DNA from: Octopus vulgaris
Lineage: Eukaryota
DNA: 64,000 nt
Reading direction: 5' to 3'
NCBI GenBank assembly: GCA_951406725.2
Contig: OX597825.1
Location: forward strand, 67,704,001-67,768,000
Position numbers and translations under genes: made by a program. Below the pieces are notes generated by a model, which made no database searches, was not told the DNA's origin, and saw only the letters and a list, made by a program, of their open reading frames with translations. Shown here in pieces: positions 26,711 through 39,910 of this stretch. Position 1 is the first letter of the stretch, and each line of letters begins with the position of its first letter.

Positions 26711-27284
26711 CCCAATTGTCGAGGTTATCAGATGCAGGTGATACTAATATGTGTGTGTGTGTGTGTGTATGTGTGTGTATAAATGTATATGTGTGTACAT
26801 GTGTGTGCATATCTATGTGCGCATGCAGTTGGACAAGGTTACAAAACCAAAACCTCAATGTTACTCTCAAATTCCTTTTTAAAATAAACTGATTCTCTAC
26901 TAAAAAGTAATGAGTGACATATACTTTTACAAATACATATATACATATTCATATGTATATATACTTATATCTATATCTATCTATATATATATATAGAGAG
27001 AGAGAGAGAGGAGAGAGAGGAAGAGAAGAGGGAGACAGAGAGAGAGTTTAGTAGTTAAAACAGGACTAAAAAACTCAAAACATGCATGTATGTATGTATG
27101 TATGTATGTATGACTATATATGTATATGCATTACATATATGCGTGTATATATAAATATATATATAATTTATACTTTTATACACACACATTTGTATGCATG
27201 TATGCATATATATATATATATATATATATACATACATAAATATAATATACATTATCATAATCATCATCATCAGCATTATTATTA

Positions 27285-27319
<35 letters not shown>

Positions 27320-27322
<3 letters not shown>

Positions 27323-27862
27323 TAGTTTTATTTTTATAGCGTGCTTTCACTTCACTACCGAGCGCAGCTCTGTGTGCCTTGGGTATGTGCTGTGATTTGT
27401 TGTGATGCTCTGATGGTTATTGTATGGAAAGTGTTCTGCGTAGGATGTGTGCAGTGCCTAGTAGTGCAATTTTCTGTATGTTATATGTGTTTGTAAGTCC
27501 TGGTGTTTTTGTTATGTATTTGTCTGAATATTTTTTTATCATGCCTAATGCACCTACTATGATAGGAATTGTTTCTGTTTTCAGATTCCACATTCTAGTT
27601 ACCTCTATTTCCAGGTCTTTGTATTTTGAGAGTTTCTCCATTTCTTTTAGAGACACGTTGTCATCAGCCGGTATTGATACATCAATTAGAAAGCATTTTT
27701 TTCTTCATGATCTCTGACAACTATATCTGGTCTGTTGGCCTTAATTTCTCTATCTGTGTGTATCGGCATATCCCAGAGTATGGTTGCTTTCTCGTTTTCT
27801 GTGACCTTTTCTGGTGTGTGTCTATACCATCTTTTTTCTGTTGTTATTCCATAATGTTGGCA

Positions 27863-27863
<1 letters not shown>
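27320..27863 (-). mobile_element. R4/Dong-like LINE 3' end (restriction-like endonuclease), 5'-truncated, inserted in (TAA)n
   Basis: ILWDMPIHTDREIKANRPDIVV...FLIDVSIPADDNVSLKEMEKLSKYKDL...IPIIVGALG (PD..D-type RLE; one frameshift); (TTA)n on both flanks. Confidence 0.9.
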
Positions 27864-27895
<32 letters not shown>

Positions 27896-28013
27896 GCGGT
27901 GGAGTTACAAAGTTACACAAGAGTGGAGAGTTTTTTTCTGTAAATTATACAGAGTACAATGCATGACACCTTCTGCCCTTCAGTCAATTTTTACTGCCGT
28001 TTAAAAATAAGAT

Positions 28014-28077
<64 letters not shown>

Positions 28078-28080
28078 TTG

Positions 28081-28138
<58 letters not shown>

Positions 28139-28890
28139 TATATACTTATTCATTCATTCCTACATATATATACATACATATGTATGTATACATTTATATA
28201 TATGCATACATATATATACATGTATATATATGTATATGTATACATACATACGCACACACACACACATATATATCAATCATGCATTAATACATGTGGAGGT
28301 GTATGTGTTTGAGTGTGTGTACGTATGTGTGTGTGAGCGCGCCTGTGTGTGTGTGCGTGCCTCTGTGTGTGTGCGTACCTGTGTGTATGTGAGCATATGT
28401 TATTGTAAAAAATGAGTGCTATCAGCAGTTAATATATTAGTTTGTATCCCCGTTCTTTAATACCATCTTTTTCCTTTCGCAACTGAACCTAAATTAATCA
28501 CTGCACTTGAAATCTATACCATCCCAAGGGTATGCATGCCAAAAACATTCATATCATTTTGTGTTCATATAATTAAGATGTATGAATCTTGGAAAATATC
28601 TGTTAAAATCTGTTGTAAAAATAAATATAAATGTCTAATGTATTAGAAACATAATGGTTTCTTATTTATTTTCAAAGCTAGCAATTCTTATAAAAGAAAA
28701 GTTTAGTTCATCAAATCGAGCCAACATATGATTGGTAGTCTGTTTTATCGGTCCCCGGAGAACGAAAGAGAAAATTGCTTCCGGTAGAATTGGAACACGG
28801 AACGTAAAGCGCCACAAATCATCTTGTCTGGCGCTCTAATGATTTTATTCTAACTTATTGGAGTTATAATAACTTATCTTTTTTTTCGAA

Positions 28891-29300
28891 GGCGGTGAGC
28901 TGGCAGAATCGTTACCGCGCCGGGCGAAATGCCTAGCGGTATTTCGTCAGCCGTTACGTTCTGAGTTCAAATTCCGCCGAGGTCGACTTTGCCTCTCATC
29001 CTTTCGGGGTCGATTAAATAAGTACCTGTTACGCACTGGGGTCGATATAATCGACTTTATCCGTTTGTCTGTCCTTGTTTGTCCTCTCTGTGTTTAGCCC
29101 CTTGTGGGTAGTAAAGAAATAGGTATTTCGTCTGTCTTTACGAAATATTGTTCTGAGTTCAAATTCCGACGAGGTCGACTTTGCCTTTCATCTTCTCGGC
29201 ATCGATAAATTAAGTAGCGGTTGCGTACTGGGGGTTTGATCTAATCGACTGGCTCCCTCCCCAAAAATTTCGGGCCTTGTGCCTAGAGTAGAAAAGAATA
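28891..29300 (+). mobile_element. SINE group A dimer (long-tail unit + short-tail unit)
   Basis: Junction gtaaagaaata/ggtatttcgtc near 29121. Confidence 0.9.
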
Positions 29301-29663
29301 ATTGTTCTTTTTCTTTCGGAGCAAACATTGTGATTGTTGACTCTGTGTGCGTGCGTGCTTGTTCTGTCCTCTCCCCTTTATACACCCATCTTAGTATTGA
29401 AATATATATATATACATATATAAAGGATGTGTTATAATACACTTCTACGGCTATACCACAATCCAATAATACTAATCCGCATATCCAAAATCAGCCATAT
29501 CAACAATCCAACCTGCCTTCATCATCAGCTGCTCCACGGATATCATGATGGTTTCGATGCGCCTGGGTAGTGCGTATGTGAGTCTGCCCACACCTATTGC
29601 TTGACAATTGGTATGGGTCTGGTTATGTCCCCTAGACTTAGCGACTCGACAGTATATAGATAC

Positions 29664-29695
<32 letters not shown>

Positions 29696-30217
29696 ATGTA
29701 TGTATGTATATGTATGTATATATATATATATTTATTTATTTATTTATTTATTCATTTAAATGGAGTTAAACGCGATATAATTCTAAAGGAATAGAATGGT
29801 GTGAAACAATGTAATCTTCTCTTCAGGGAAGTGAAGAAATGAAACTCGTCAATAAGACATTTTAACACAAAATGATGGATATGTATATAGCGATTAACTG
29901 AACGCTATTAAGTTTATTTCAAAAAAACGTTATAGGATATAACGTCAAAGGTAGCCTCTAGGAAGAGGAGGGATAAAGGAAATAAAAACTAAATAAATGA
30001 GAAATATATAATTATATGTATATTATAAAACCATATAGATTTGGAAAAAGATATATCTAGTGAATGTGAAACGTAAGAATAAAATTAATGTTTAAATTAT
30101 ATATAATGGAAGATATCACTTAAATGAACTAAAGGTGTGTTTCTGCCAATGTTTACATCGGTATGCACGCTCGATAATCGTGTTTAAAAGGGAATTTTTA
30201 GGGAAAAAAAAGAATAA

Positions 30218-30324
30218 AAAATAGTTCAGAATTACAGAGAAAACAGAATTCCTTGTCTTTGTCATAATTGAGAGAATCGACAAAGGCAAGAAATTCTGTC
30301 TTTTCTGTAATTCTGAACTATTTT
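30218..30324. repeat. ~46-bp-arm hairpin palindrome
   Basis: aaaatagttcagaattacag...tttgtc / gacaaa...ctgtaattctgaactatttt. Confidence 0.9.
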
Positions 30325-30377
30325 ATATAATTATACTATATTATATTTATTACACTATATTATATTACATTATATTA

Positions 30378-30378
30378 C

Positions 30379-30468
<90 letters not shown>
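30378..30468. repeat. (AGAT)n microsatellite
   Basis: Direct reading. Confidence 0.98.
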
Positions 30469-30647
30469 CTCCCACCGGTACCATTTAATATTTCTTTTGT
30501 CGGCAAGCTGGCAGAAATACTTAGAAGTGATTCATCGTTATGTAGTAATTCATCAAGTCGTTATATTCTGAGTTCAAATCTGCCGAATCGATTTTGCCTC
30601 TCATCCTTTCAGTTTAACACTGTGTCAACATTTGAACTCAATATTGT

Positions 30648-31075
30648 TTAGGTGCAGGCATGGTTGTGTGATAAGAAGTTGGATTCGGGTTCAGTTCCAC
30701 TGCATGACACCGTGAGCAAGTTTCTTATACTACAGCCTCGGGCCATCTAAAGCCTTGTGAATGGAGTTTGTACACAGAAACTGAAAGAATCCCGTCGTAT
30801 ACGTATGTGAGCGTGTGTCTATATCTGCATGTGTATATGTGTATATGCTTATGCGTGTGTGTATTTTAGTGTTTGACTTTGCCTCCACCTACTGCTTGAC
30901 AATTGGTATGGATCTGTCCCCATAACTTACCGATCGACAAAAGGCACAGATAGATGAAGTACCAGACCTTAGTACTAAATACAAGGGTCGATGTGTTCGG
31001 ATCAAATCCTAAAAATAAGGTGGCTCACCATGGCCCCAGCCCATTGACTGAAACAAGTAAAATATAAAAGAAAAA
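30648..31075 (+). mobile_element. SINE group B, old copy
   Basis: taggtgcaggcatggttgtgtg...gactgaaacaagtaaaa. Confidence 0.8.
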
Positions 31076-31846
31076 TATAAAGAATTTGATAATTGTGGCG
31101 AAGATTTGTTTCATTGACAATATTGCGTTATGTTATGCAAACATTCCTTGCAATAAAAAAGGCGTTAGTTCTTTTCCACTCCATAACATTACTTCAGAAA
31201 AGGTACATAAGATAACTTAAGAATAAGCCCGATTCATATGACGAGAAAATCTCTAATATATTCGCTCCATATGTTATAAATAGCTACGAAATCTTCTTCA
31301 ATACACAGCCGTTTAAAAAAGAAAAGACACGGTAGATGTGGTGTAAAAGATGCTGTCTGAAAAATATGAAGATGAAATGGTCACAGTTGGAAAGCTTTTG
31401 AAAAGAGACCTGCCCTAGTAATACAGAGCTGAAGCTTAATAAGAGGAACAGGAATATTTTTATTCTGGTATTTTGTGGGGGAAAGAACTATGTTCTTCAG
31501 TACAGGTATCGACCGTCTCTGTCGGCGATACACAGGATGCATAGATGAAAAGAGAATAGAAAATGGAAGATTATCATATATTAATTCCTGCACACTTATC
31601 TGCGATAATAATGCACCTGCCTCAACGGAAAATATAAACCGAGGAACGGAATTAGTTTGTCGAGAAAATTATTACTTCTAACATTTATACTTACATTTAA
31701 TATTTCCGTTATTCTAACAGAATCTCAGATTGGTTTTAAATGCTATTCCATTCCTCCACAAGTACAACATGCGTGGCAAGTGTCTTCTGTTATAGTCTCG
31801 GACTTTGTGAATTGATTTGGTAAACGGAAACTGAAAGAACCCTGCC

Positions 31847-31915
<69 letters not shown>

Positions 31916-31940
31916 AATATGTTACATTACTCTATAGTCA

Positions 31941-32000
31941 AGATAAAACTCTGAGATTCAGATGCCGAAGTGGGAATACACGACATCTCTTCGGTTATCT
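31941..32000 (-). ncRNA. Hammerhead-like motif (H1), inverted copy with GAAA->GAAU
   Basis: Reverse complement of 32141-32200 with one core substitution. Confidence 0.45.
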
Positions 32001-32140
32001 GGCTATTTGAAAACGCTATGAAAAAATACCGTTATACAAAGGGGAATTACTGCGATGTATAAGTACGCAGGCAAGCAGAGTTATAACACAGTAATTTCCC
32101 TTTGTATAACGGTATTTTTTCATAGCGTTTTCAAATAGCC

Positions 32141-32200
32141 AGATAACCGAAGAGATGTCGTGTATTCCCACTTCGGCATCTGAAACTCAGAGTTTTATCT
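32141..32200 (+). ncRNA. Type I hammerhead-like motif (H1), CCGAAGA core variant
   Basis: AGAUAA-CCGAAGA-GAUGUCG..CGGCAUC-U-GAAA-CUCAGAG-UU-UUAUCU; 7-bp stem II. Confidence 0.62.
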
Positions 32201-32298
32201 TGACTACCGAGTAATGTAACATATTATTGTATAGATAAATTTCCTCTATTTACATAATATTGATGTCTCTTTCTTTCTTTTTTTATATTACAGTTATA

Positions 32299-32411
<113 letters not shown>

Positions 32412-32484
32412 GAGTAAGCACATAAATGTGAAACAAGGTAGAAAAAAGATTACTCAAATACCAGAGGTAGAGTAATATGCTTTT

Positions 32485-32539
32485 TAACAAAACTGTCCGA
32501 CGAACGGGAACATGAAACTCTGAGTAACAGCTTTTGTTA
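32485..32539 (+). ncRNA. Type I hammerhead-like motif (family H2), CCGACGA core
   Basis: UAACAAAACUGU-CCGACGA-ACGGGAACAU-GAAA-CUCUGAG-UA-ACAGCUUUUGUUA; long stem I, palindromic stem III. Confidence 0.62.
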
Positions 32540-32574
32540 TAAAATATGTGTGTGTGTGTGTGTGTGTGTGTATC

Positions 32575-32890
32575 TATGCGTTTGTATATGTGTATGTGTC
32601 TGTGTTTGTACCAAACACTGCTTGACCACCGGTATTGCTGCGTTTACGTCCCCATAACTTAGCAGTTCGGTAAAAGCGACCGATAGAATAACTACAAGGC
32701 TTAAGAAATAAGGCCTGGGGTCGGTTTGTTGGACTAAAAAGCCTTTCTAGGCGGTTTCCCTCTACTAAATCCACTCACAAAGCTTTGGATGGCCCGAGGC
32801 TATAGTAGAAGACATTTTTCCATGGTTCCATGCAGTGGGACTGAGCTCGGAACCAAGTGGTTAGGAAGAAAGATTCTTACCATACATCCT
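32575..32890. mobile_element. Rearranged SINE group B: 3' half on + joined to 5' half on -
   Basis: Orientation switch at ...ctaggcggtttccctctactaaatccactc (~32755). Confidence 0.7.
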
Positions 32891-33872
32891 TTTTGTTTGT
32901 ATATTTAACAACATTACTGGAATAACCATAGAATTAATTTCGCTGTGACAAGGTTAAATATGTAAGTACATAAATAGCCACCAATCTCGGCTCACCGTCG
33001 CTTGTGTCACTGTAATCAAATATCACAGTTTTGCTCATCTGGATTCGGGAAGATCGTCTCCTATCTGCGATATCTAAGTTTTTGCAAATAGTAAAGCTAC
33101 AAAATCTCGCTGTTGGCTATGATCATTTAGATTACTTGAATTGTTATTATTAGCGGAATCGCTGCAGGTGATATTGTTTTAGGTTACTATTTAAATTATT
33201 ATTAATAGAATCTGCTGGACAATCTATAGTTCATATAGATTTAATCGCCTAACGTGTAGAGCGATAGTACCCAGAATATATTAAATCAACCCATGATCTG
33301 AAAATATTTCCTTTTAGAATTACAATATATTTTCTGCAAAATACCTCATTAATCCCGAATAGAATGCTAAGTTTTCTTTAAAAATTAGATTTCTCTAAGA
33401 CCTGACCTAAAATGAATTAAAACTCTCATAATTGAATTTATATAATTAATTTTTGTTTTCAATGATATAAGAATACAAATCTCCATATTGTACACAAATA
33501 TCACGTAATTATTTTTATACTAGCCATAATCAGTTTAAAATATCAACAAAATTACAAATCAATGCTAAAAAAAAATAGCAATTAATAAATATAGTATATC
33601 TGATTTTGTTGTCTGTAAATTTGCATTGATCAACGAGGAACATTATTGAAAATTTATGGAAGGTAATGGGAAAATGTTTCGTTAAAGCTGACGGATGTGT
33701 GTGAGTGCACCTGTGTGCATGAGCTGTTTAATTACCAAATGTTGAATGCTGTAGCGTAAACTGTAAGTTTGTTGCGAAGTAAGTTTAGAATCTGGTTTCA
33801 AATTTGAGCGCAATCGAATGGAGGATGCCTGAGATCCTAGAAGACACAAACACACACACACAGAACGGATTT

Positions 33873-33928
<56 letters not shown>

Positions 33929-35479
33929 AAACGCAGAAAATGTTATTGTTGTTATTATTATTATGCCTTTATATATATGTTTCGATAACTCACCTGTTTC
34001 TGTCTCCAATATTTTTAATGACATTCTAATGATCGATGATATTAACTAATTGAAATACATGTATACAAATGTATAAAAAATATCATAATACAGTCAGCGT
34101 TTCTGAGATTCTACACTTTAGCCTATTCTGTGGCGTGATGACGGGACCCCAATCACGTAGGATATAGAAGTTTAATGTAGAACCGATTACTGAACCCTAA
34201 AGTATAATTAATGATTGAGAATTTCGCAATGGATCCTATTCCATGGTGTCTTAAATAAGTGTCTTGTACCATAATCTCGGCCAACCCATAGCTTTGTGTG
34301 ATGATTGGTTAAACGAGAGCCGTCGGTTTATTTGCTTGCATCTTTTCTTGGCAAACAATCTCAATCATTCTTGGTAAACATTCTCATTCGGTTCATAGTT
34401 CAATGAACTTGAAATGTTTCATATAATTAAAAGCTCATTCAACTATATCATTCTGTGAAAGATATCATATCATGTAGTTTGAATAAAACGCTATAAAAAA
34501 ATCATTTGTATTTAATTATCTAAAATTCAATTTATTTTCAAACAGACAAAAATAGCTATATCATGCATGAAAAATAACTGAGTTTTAAAAACAGCTCAAG
34601 GAAGAATAATCTAATTTAATATTTATTAATCTCGCCAAAAAACATGTGAAGGACAAACAGATTGAATAGTTTTGTATGCAATTCATTGAAATATTTTGTG
34701 TTTCTGCTTTTCTTTTAATTGTTTTGGATCTAATATGTTTTACTTTGTAAATTTAATTATTTTTTTCTTTAAGAATTGGACAATTACCTAACTTACTTTT
34801 CTTTAGGAATACTGGTAGTTTTACCTTCATTTCACTAGGAGTTGGGGATCTTAATCTGAAAAAAGATTTGAGCTCTTTCAGCTAAGCATAACTTACATTT
34901 ATTTGATCCATCGGCATAAGGTGCAGAGTGTTCATTTATCTTCCCCCTTGATCACATGTGGTGTTGCGTTAGATTTTAGATTTCAAATTCTATAGGTGGG
35001 TGGCTAGCCAACTTAGTAGCTTTGCTTTTGTCCTTATGTCGGAAGAAGGCTATGCTAACTCACTACTGGACTCTGGGTCTGAAATTTTCAGCAGCTGTAA
35101 ACATAAGTCTAAGTATATTTTGAAGAATTAAAAAATTCCGCCTATACCTGATTAACTTGTTGATATCTTTCTAGCCTTATAATTTTAGATCTGAAGAGGA
35201 TAACCCTTTTACAGTTTTTATTTCGTTTACCGTTTTTATTTTTCCGTTATTTAACCTACCATGTTTTCTATATTCTTCCTTAGCGTTTCTTCTTTCATAC
35301 AATCTTTAGTTCGTTACGATATGTGCTTTGTGCATAATGAATATGTTTGAGATATTTTCTCTACACATGAAACTATAAGTAACACATATAAACATATATT
35401 GTGTCTATTAAATAATATTCATCTCCCATAAGATGAAGCAATTTTTGTCTTGACCTTCACGGAACAATACATTATATAT

Positions 35480-35685
35480 GTGTATATATACATAAGGTCA
35501 TTTTTATATCCAACGTAACATGGATGCCTTGTTAGAACACCGGATTCTGCATTATTATCCCTGAGAGGTTCTCTCCTACGGGTGCTTGGTGCATAAAAGC
35601 ACACACAGATAGATCGTAGCAGACGAAATTCGTCTGTCATGAGCGCTGGAATTCTCATTCCACGTGGTCTCGGTCGATAGGACAT
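35480..35685 (-). other. GC-richer unique island with a short ORF; possible exon or regulatory element
   Basis: MSYRPRPRGMRIPALMTDEFRLLRSICVCF...; lies in a repeat-poor block; no recognised homology. Confidence 0.2.
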
Positions 35686-35868
35686 TATCAGTGAGAAGCA
35701 CGGGTCACCTCATGCCATTCAAATCTCATTGCTATGATTTATAGAATATCAGCATTTTTTCAGATATTGATATTGCAAATAGCCGGTAGATTTATTAGAA
35801 ATTAATTATTAGCCTAATAATCAGTATATATATATATGAAAGAAGTTTTGAAAATGCAATTTTAAAGA

Positions 35869-35927
<59 letters not shown>

Positions 35928-36157
35928 TATACACACCAGTTTGAAATGTTTCACCAAAATGGAAAACTATAATCGTCGCTAAATGTGACTAGGGTGTTAG
36001 AACACCTACATTGCTAGAAATAAGTGCTAAAATACTCTAATGCTGTAGTCACAGCACATAATTGTATACATGTATACTGACAGGGACCGTAATCGTCCGA
36101 AAATAGCGTTCGAGAAATTCTTATACTGACCGGTCAATATACTTATAGATGTATGTA

Positions 36158-36385
36158 TTTTTTCTCTAGTTTCAGCTCAGAGCTGTGGCCATGTTGATGC
36201 ACCGCCGTTTTGCTACACTGTTATTACTAAGAGCCTCCTCTAATTTGTGGCACTTGGTGAAGCATGGAGTTTGATATAGCTACCCTCATTTGCACCTCAT
36301 CTTGCACCTCATCTTGCCGTGAGGTAGGTTCATCTGGGACTCTCGACAGGAAGAGGTCCAGCTCTGATTTAAAAGCCCCTACATC
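36158..36385 (-). mobile_element. CR1/L2-type LINE extreme 3' end
   Basis: AFKSELDLFLSRVPDEPTSRQ..VQMRVAISNSMLHQ then tail ggcggtgcatcaacatggccacagctctgagctgaaac. Confidence 0.75.
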
Positions 36386-36916
36386 TACTTGTATATGTAT
36401 TATATGTAGGTAGGTAGGTAGGTAGGTTGGTAGGTATAGAAACTAAATAACATCTCTATAAATACTACATGAATAATTCTGTTAGCATGTGATATAAATC
36501 GTAGTGTAATATTTCCCATTAGTTTGTTATAAAAATTTCTTTTAATATATTTCTTTTAACTGGAACCCCTTTTTCCTCAATGTCCACGCATCATCTATCC
36601 ATACAAGGAGGTACTAGCAACTAGTAATTAGGAACGAAATGAAAACTGCGCATTGCATATGCTTTAGATGTCAATAGCAATGAATATATATATTGTGCCA
36701 ACTGTCACATGTAATTTCTAATAAGTGACACTTAAACTTATAACAGCCAACAAAGGAGTTTTTATATTATTGCACGATTTTCTATCAATGTTAGTCAAAT
36801 ACCTTTCACATGCTACCGTTCAAAAAAGTACAGTGAACAATGTTCTACTATGTGGGATGATCATGTATGGAACGTCTTTACTTACTCGATTTGAGTAAAT
36901 CTATGGTAGAAGACCT

Positions 36917-37285
36917 TATTTCGCCTGCCGCTACGTTCTGAGTTCAAATTCCTCCGAGGTCGACTTTACCTTTCATCCTTTCGGGGTCGATAAATAAGTA
37001 CCAGTTACGCACTGGGATCGATGTAATCGACTTAATCCGTTTGTCTGTTCTTGTTTGTCCTTTCTGTGTTTAGCCCCTTGTGGGTAGTAAAGAAATAGGT
37101 ATTTCGTCTGCCGCTACGTTCTGAGTTCAAATTCCACCGAGGTCGACTTTGCCTCTCATCCTTTCGGGGTCGATACATTAAGTACCAGTTACACACTGGG
37201 ATCGATGTAATCGACTTAATCCCTTTGTCTGTCCTTGTTTGTCCCTTCTATGTTTAGCCCCTCGTGGGCAATAAAGAAATAAGAA
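36917..37285 (+). mobile_element. SINE group A dimer (two long-tail units)
   Basis: Junction gtaaagaaata/ggtatttcgtc near 37097. Confidence 0.9.
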
Positions 37286-38135
37286 AACGTTCTAAACAAC
37301 AACAATAGGACAAACTCATTCTACACTTTTGTCATTGTATTTTTCATTGCTTTTATTTTTATTTTCCGGTCTTTTATTTCGCCCTTAAAAAAATTCCATT
37401 CTCAGTCTGATTCTTGAATGATAATTTCAGAATGTTTGCCAGTAAATCACAAGAACTATAGTTTTTATGTTAGCAAAAGCTGTAATCGTGATAATTCTGT
37501 AATGTTACTCTTTAAACTATACAACCAAATCACTTAATTCAACATCCGGAAATCAATGTTTCAGCAGCGGAGAATCTCGTCTGGCTACCTGCAAATTAGC
37601 ACTAATGTCTTGAGACAGCTGTCTTTAATCATATAAGACAGATGAAACGTGCTTTAGTCGGGTTACTGTATTTGACAGTGACAATTTTCTCGTTGCAGCA
37701 AATAGACATGAGCATCGTGAATAACTACAACCAGGAGTCTATTATTGTTAACTGTCTTTAATAATCACTGTTCGAGTGTTATTATTCTTTTTGCAGACAT
37801 AGCAATGCTACCAAACATCATTTAACTATGACTGATGTCATGTTTAAACATGAAAAGCTAAATATGCGTTGATGAAAGGTAAAGGTTCAAACTAGTTGTT
37901 GAGTTTCAGATCAAAGATCGAACCGACGCCGCGTAGAACATAAAATGTTTATAACGTAATAGGAAATGAAATTCTAAACTGTAATTTATTGTCAGTGAAG
38001 ACTGTGAGATGATACAGCTTGTTTTTCGTCGGTTCTTCTGTTTTAACTTGATGCCCATTCTAGGTTACATGATACTGTCTGTATTAATGTCAATCATTTT
38101 CGGGACAGCAACATGTCACCTCTTAAATGAGGTGT

Positions 38136-38309
38136 TTTTCGCGTGTCATCTATAATCCTGGTTGGATGTCTTGTGTAATGTGCTTCTTCGTCGCTCGGGT
38201 TTACTTCGACTGGTTACACCGCATCTTTACAGAGACTGTTTTCGTAACCAACTTCGCTCTATCTTCGTAGCCAACTTTTACTGTATATGTACTCAGCAAT
38301 ACACCAGTT
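38136..38309 (-). repeat. ~174-bp segment duplicated in inverted orientation at 41808-41981
   Basis: Direct reverse-complement match with few substitutions. Confidence 0.92.
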
Positions 38310-39173
38310 CCTGTTGATAGTGAAAACATTTCATTTAAATCCTCAATACTTTAGTTGAAATGTTTGTATGCAGAAAAACATTTGATTTTATCGTCTCTAT
38401 AGTTAGAAATGTAAAAACGGCTGGCTAAGTCAAAAATGCGTCGCAAAGTAAGAAAAAAGATCTGGTGCTTCGAGTCTTACAATGAATAATGCGTAGTCTC
38501 CGTGGCGTGCACAATTTCAACAGCAGAATTTTACCTCGCCCTTAGATGTACTACAGTATGGAGGGAGTCATCGGTGCAGTCAGTGGAAGTACTGTAAAAT
38601 AAATAAGGATTTCATCTGAGCGCACGGGAATCTTCATCTCACCTCGTGAAGAAAAGTGTTGTGCTTCTGTAAGAAAAATGTAGGCTTAGAATATTTTAGC
38701 AAGCCTTTATCAACGAAGACATAGTCACATATATATTTTGGTGATATGATATATAAAGAGAGAGCTTAATATGCCATAGTAGACGAAAATGATATTATTG
38801 TTTTTGAAAATTTTAAACGTAATTCCATAAATAAAAAAAATCTAATTCTTCAATAGTTATCGCAATATTTTCCAGGTAAAATTTATTTAACTTTTCCAAA
38901 CTGAAAATCATAAACGGAAAGCGATAATTGCTTGTGAATGTTATGTAATGTAGACTGTGTTGCTAAAAGATGACGCATGCCAATATTGAACAAAGGAAGA
39001 TTGGAGCCAGTCGGATATTTATTTGAATATAACTTTCCTTTATGTCTCGTTGTTGTAGTTACATGACGCAACGTCAACAGACAGCTATTTATAGATTCGA
39101 AAAAGGCGATGAAGATTATAGGTTACAAGACACATTTAAGACATCTGTCACACTTAATATATTGGTCTCTCTG

Positions 39174-39560
39174 TGAAGGCGCAATGGCCCAGTGGTTAGG
39201 GCAGCGGACTCGCGGTCGTAGGATCGCGGTTTCGATTCCCAGACCGGGCGTTGTGAGTGTTTATTGAGCGAAAACACCTAAAAACTCCACGAGGCTCCGG
39301 TAGGGGATGGTGGTGATCCCTGCTGTACTCTTTCACCACAACTTTCTCTCACTCTTACTTCCTGTTTCTGTTGTACCTGTATTTCAAAGGGCCGGCCTTG
39401 TCACTCTCTGTGTCACGCTGAATATCCCCGAGAACTGCGTTAAGGGTACACGTGTCTGTGGAGTGCTCAGCCACTTACACGTTAATTTCATGGGCAGGCT
39501 GGTCCGTTGATCGGATCAACCGGAACCCTCGTCGTCGTAACCGACGGAGTGCTTCCATCC
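39174..39560 (+). mobile_element. SINE group C (tail 1), full length
   Basis: tRNA-like head; TSD attggtct(c/g)tctg (39161-39173, 39561-39573). Confidence 0.93.
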
Positions 39561-39629
39561 ATTGGTCTGTCTGAACTGGACAAATTGATGTCCTTTTTGA
39601 ACTGCAGCAGAATACAGACAATGTTACTC

Positions 39630-39850
39630 TCTCCCTTTTCTCTCTTTTACTTGTTTCAGTCATTTGACAGCGGCCATGCTGGAGCACCGCCTTTAGTCGA
39701 GCAAATCGACCCCGGGACTTATTCTTTTGTAAGCCCAGTACTTATTCTATCGGTCTCTTTTGCGGAACCGCTAAGTGACGGGGACATAAACACACCAGCA
39801 TCGGTTGTCAAGCAATACTAGGGGGACAAACACACACACACAAACACATG

Positions 39851-39910
<60 letters not shown>

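Larger units (their letters stand above)
31911..32290. mobile_element. Family H1 mini-element as a head-to-head inverted pair (arms 31911-32053 / 32087-32230), in (TA)n
   Basis: ~143-bp near-perfect inverted repeat; each arm carries the hammerhead-like motif. Confidence 0.85.

Noticed and set aside
29515-29570. Minus-strand CGAAAC...CUGAUGA as a type II hammerhead
   Set aside because: Stems I and III do not pair convincingly and the stem II register is off
39174-39250. tRNA-like sequences at SINE heads
   Set aside because: A/B boxes continue into SINE bodies with TSDs and no Pol III terminator; not tRNA genes
39307-39510. Recurrent 67-aa [15 protein letters not shown]... (also 13121-13324, 25872-26075)
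   Set aside because: Recurs only because it lies inside copies of one SINE; no evidence of coding constraint
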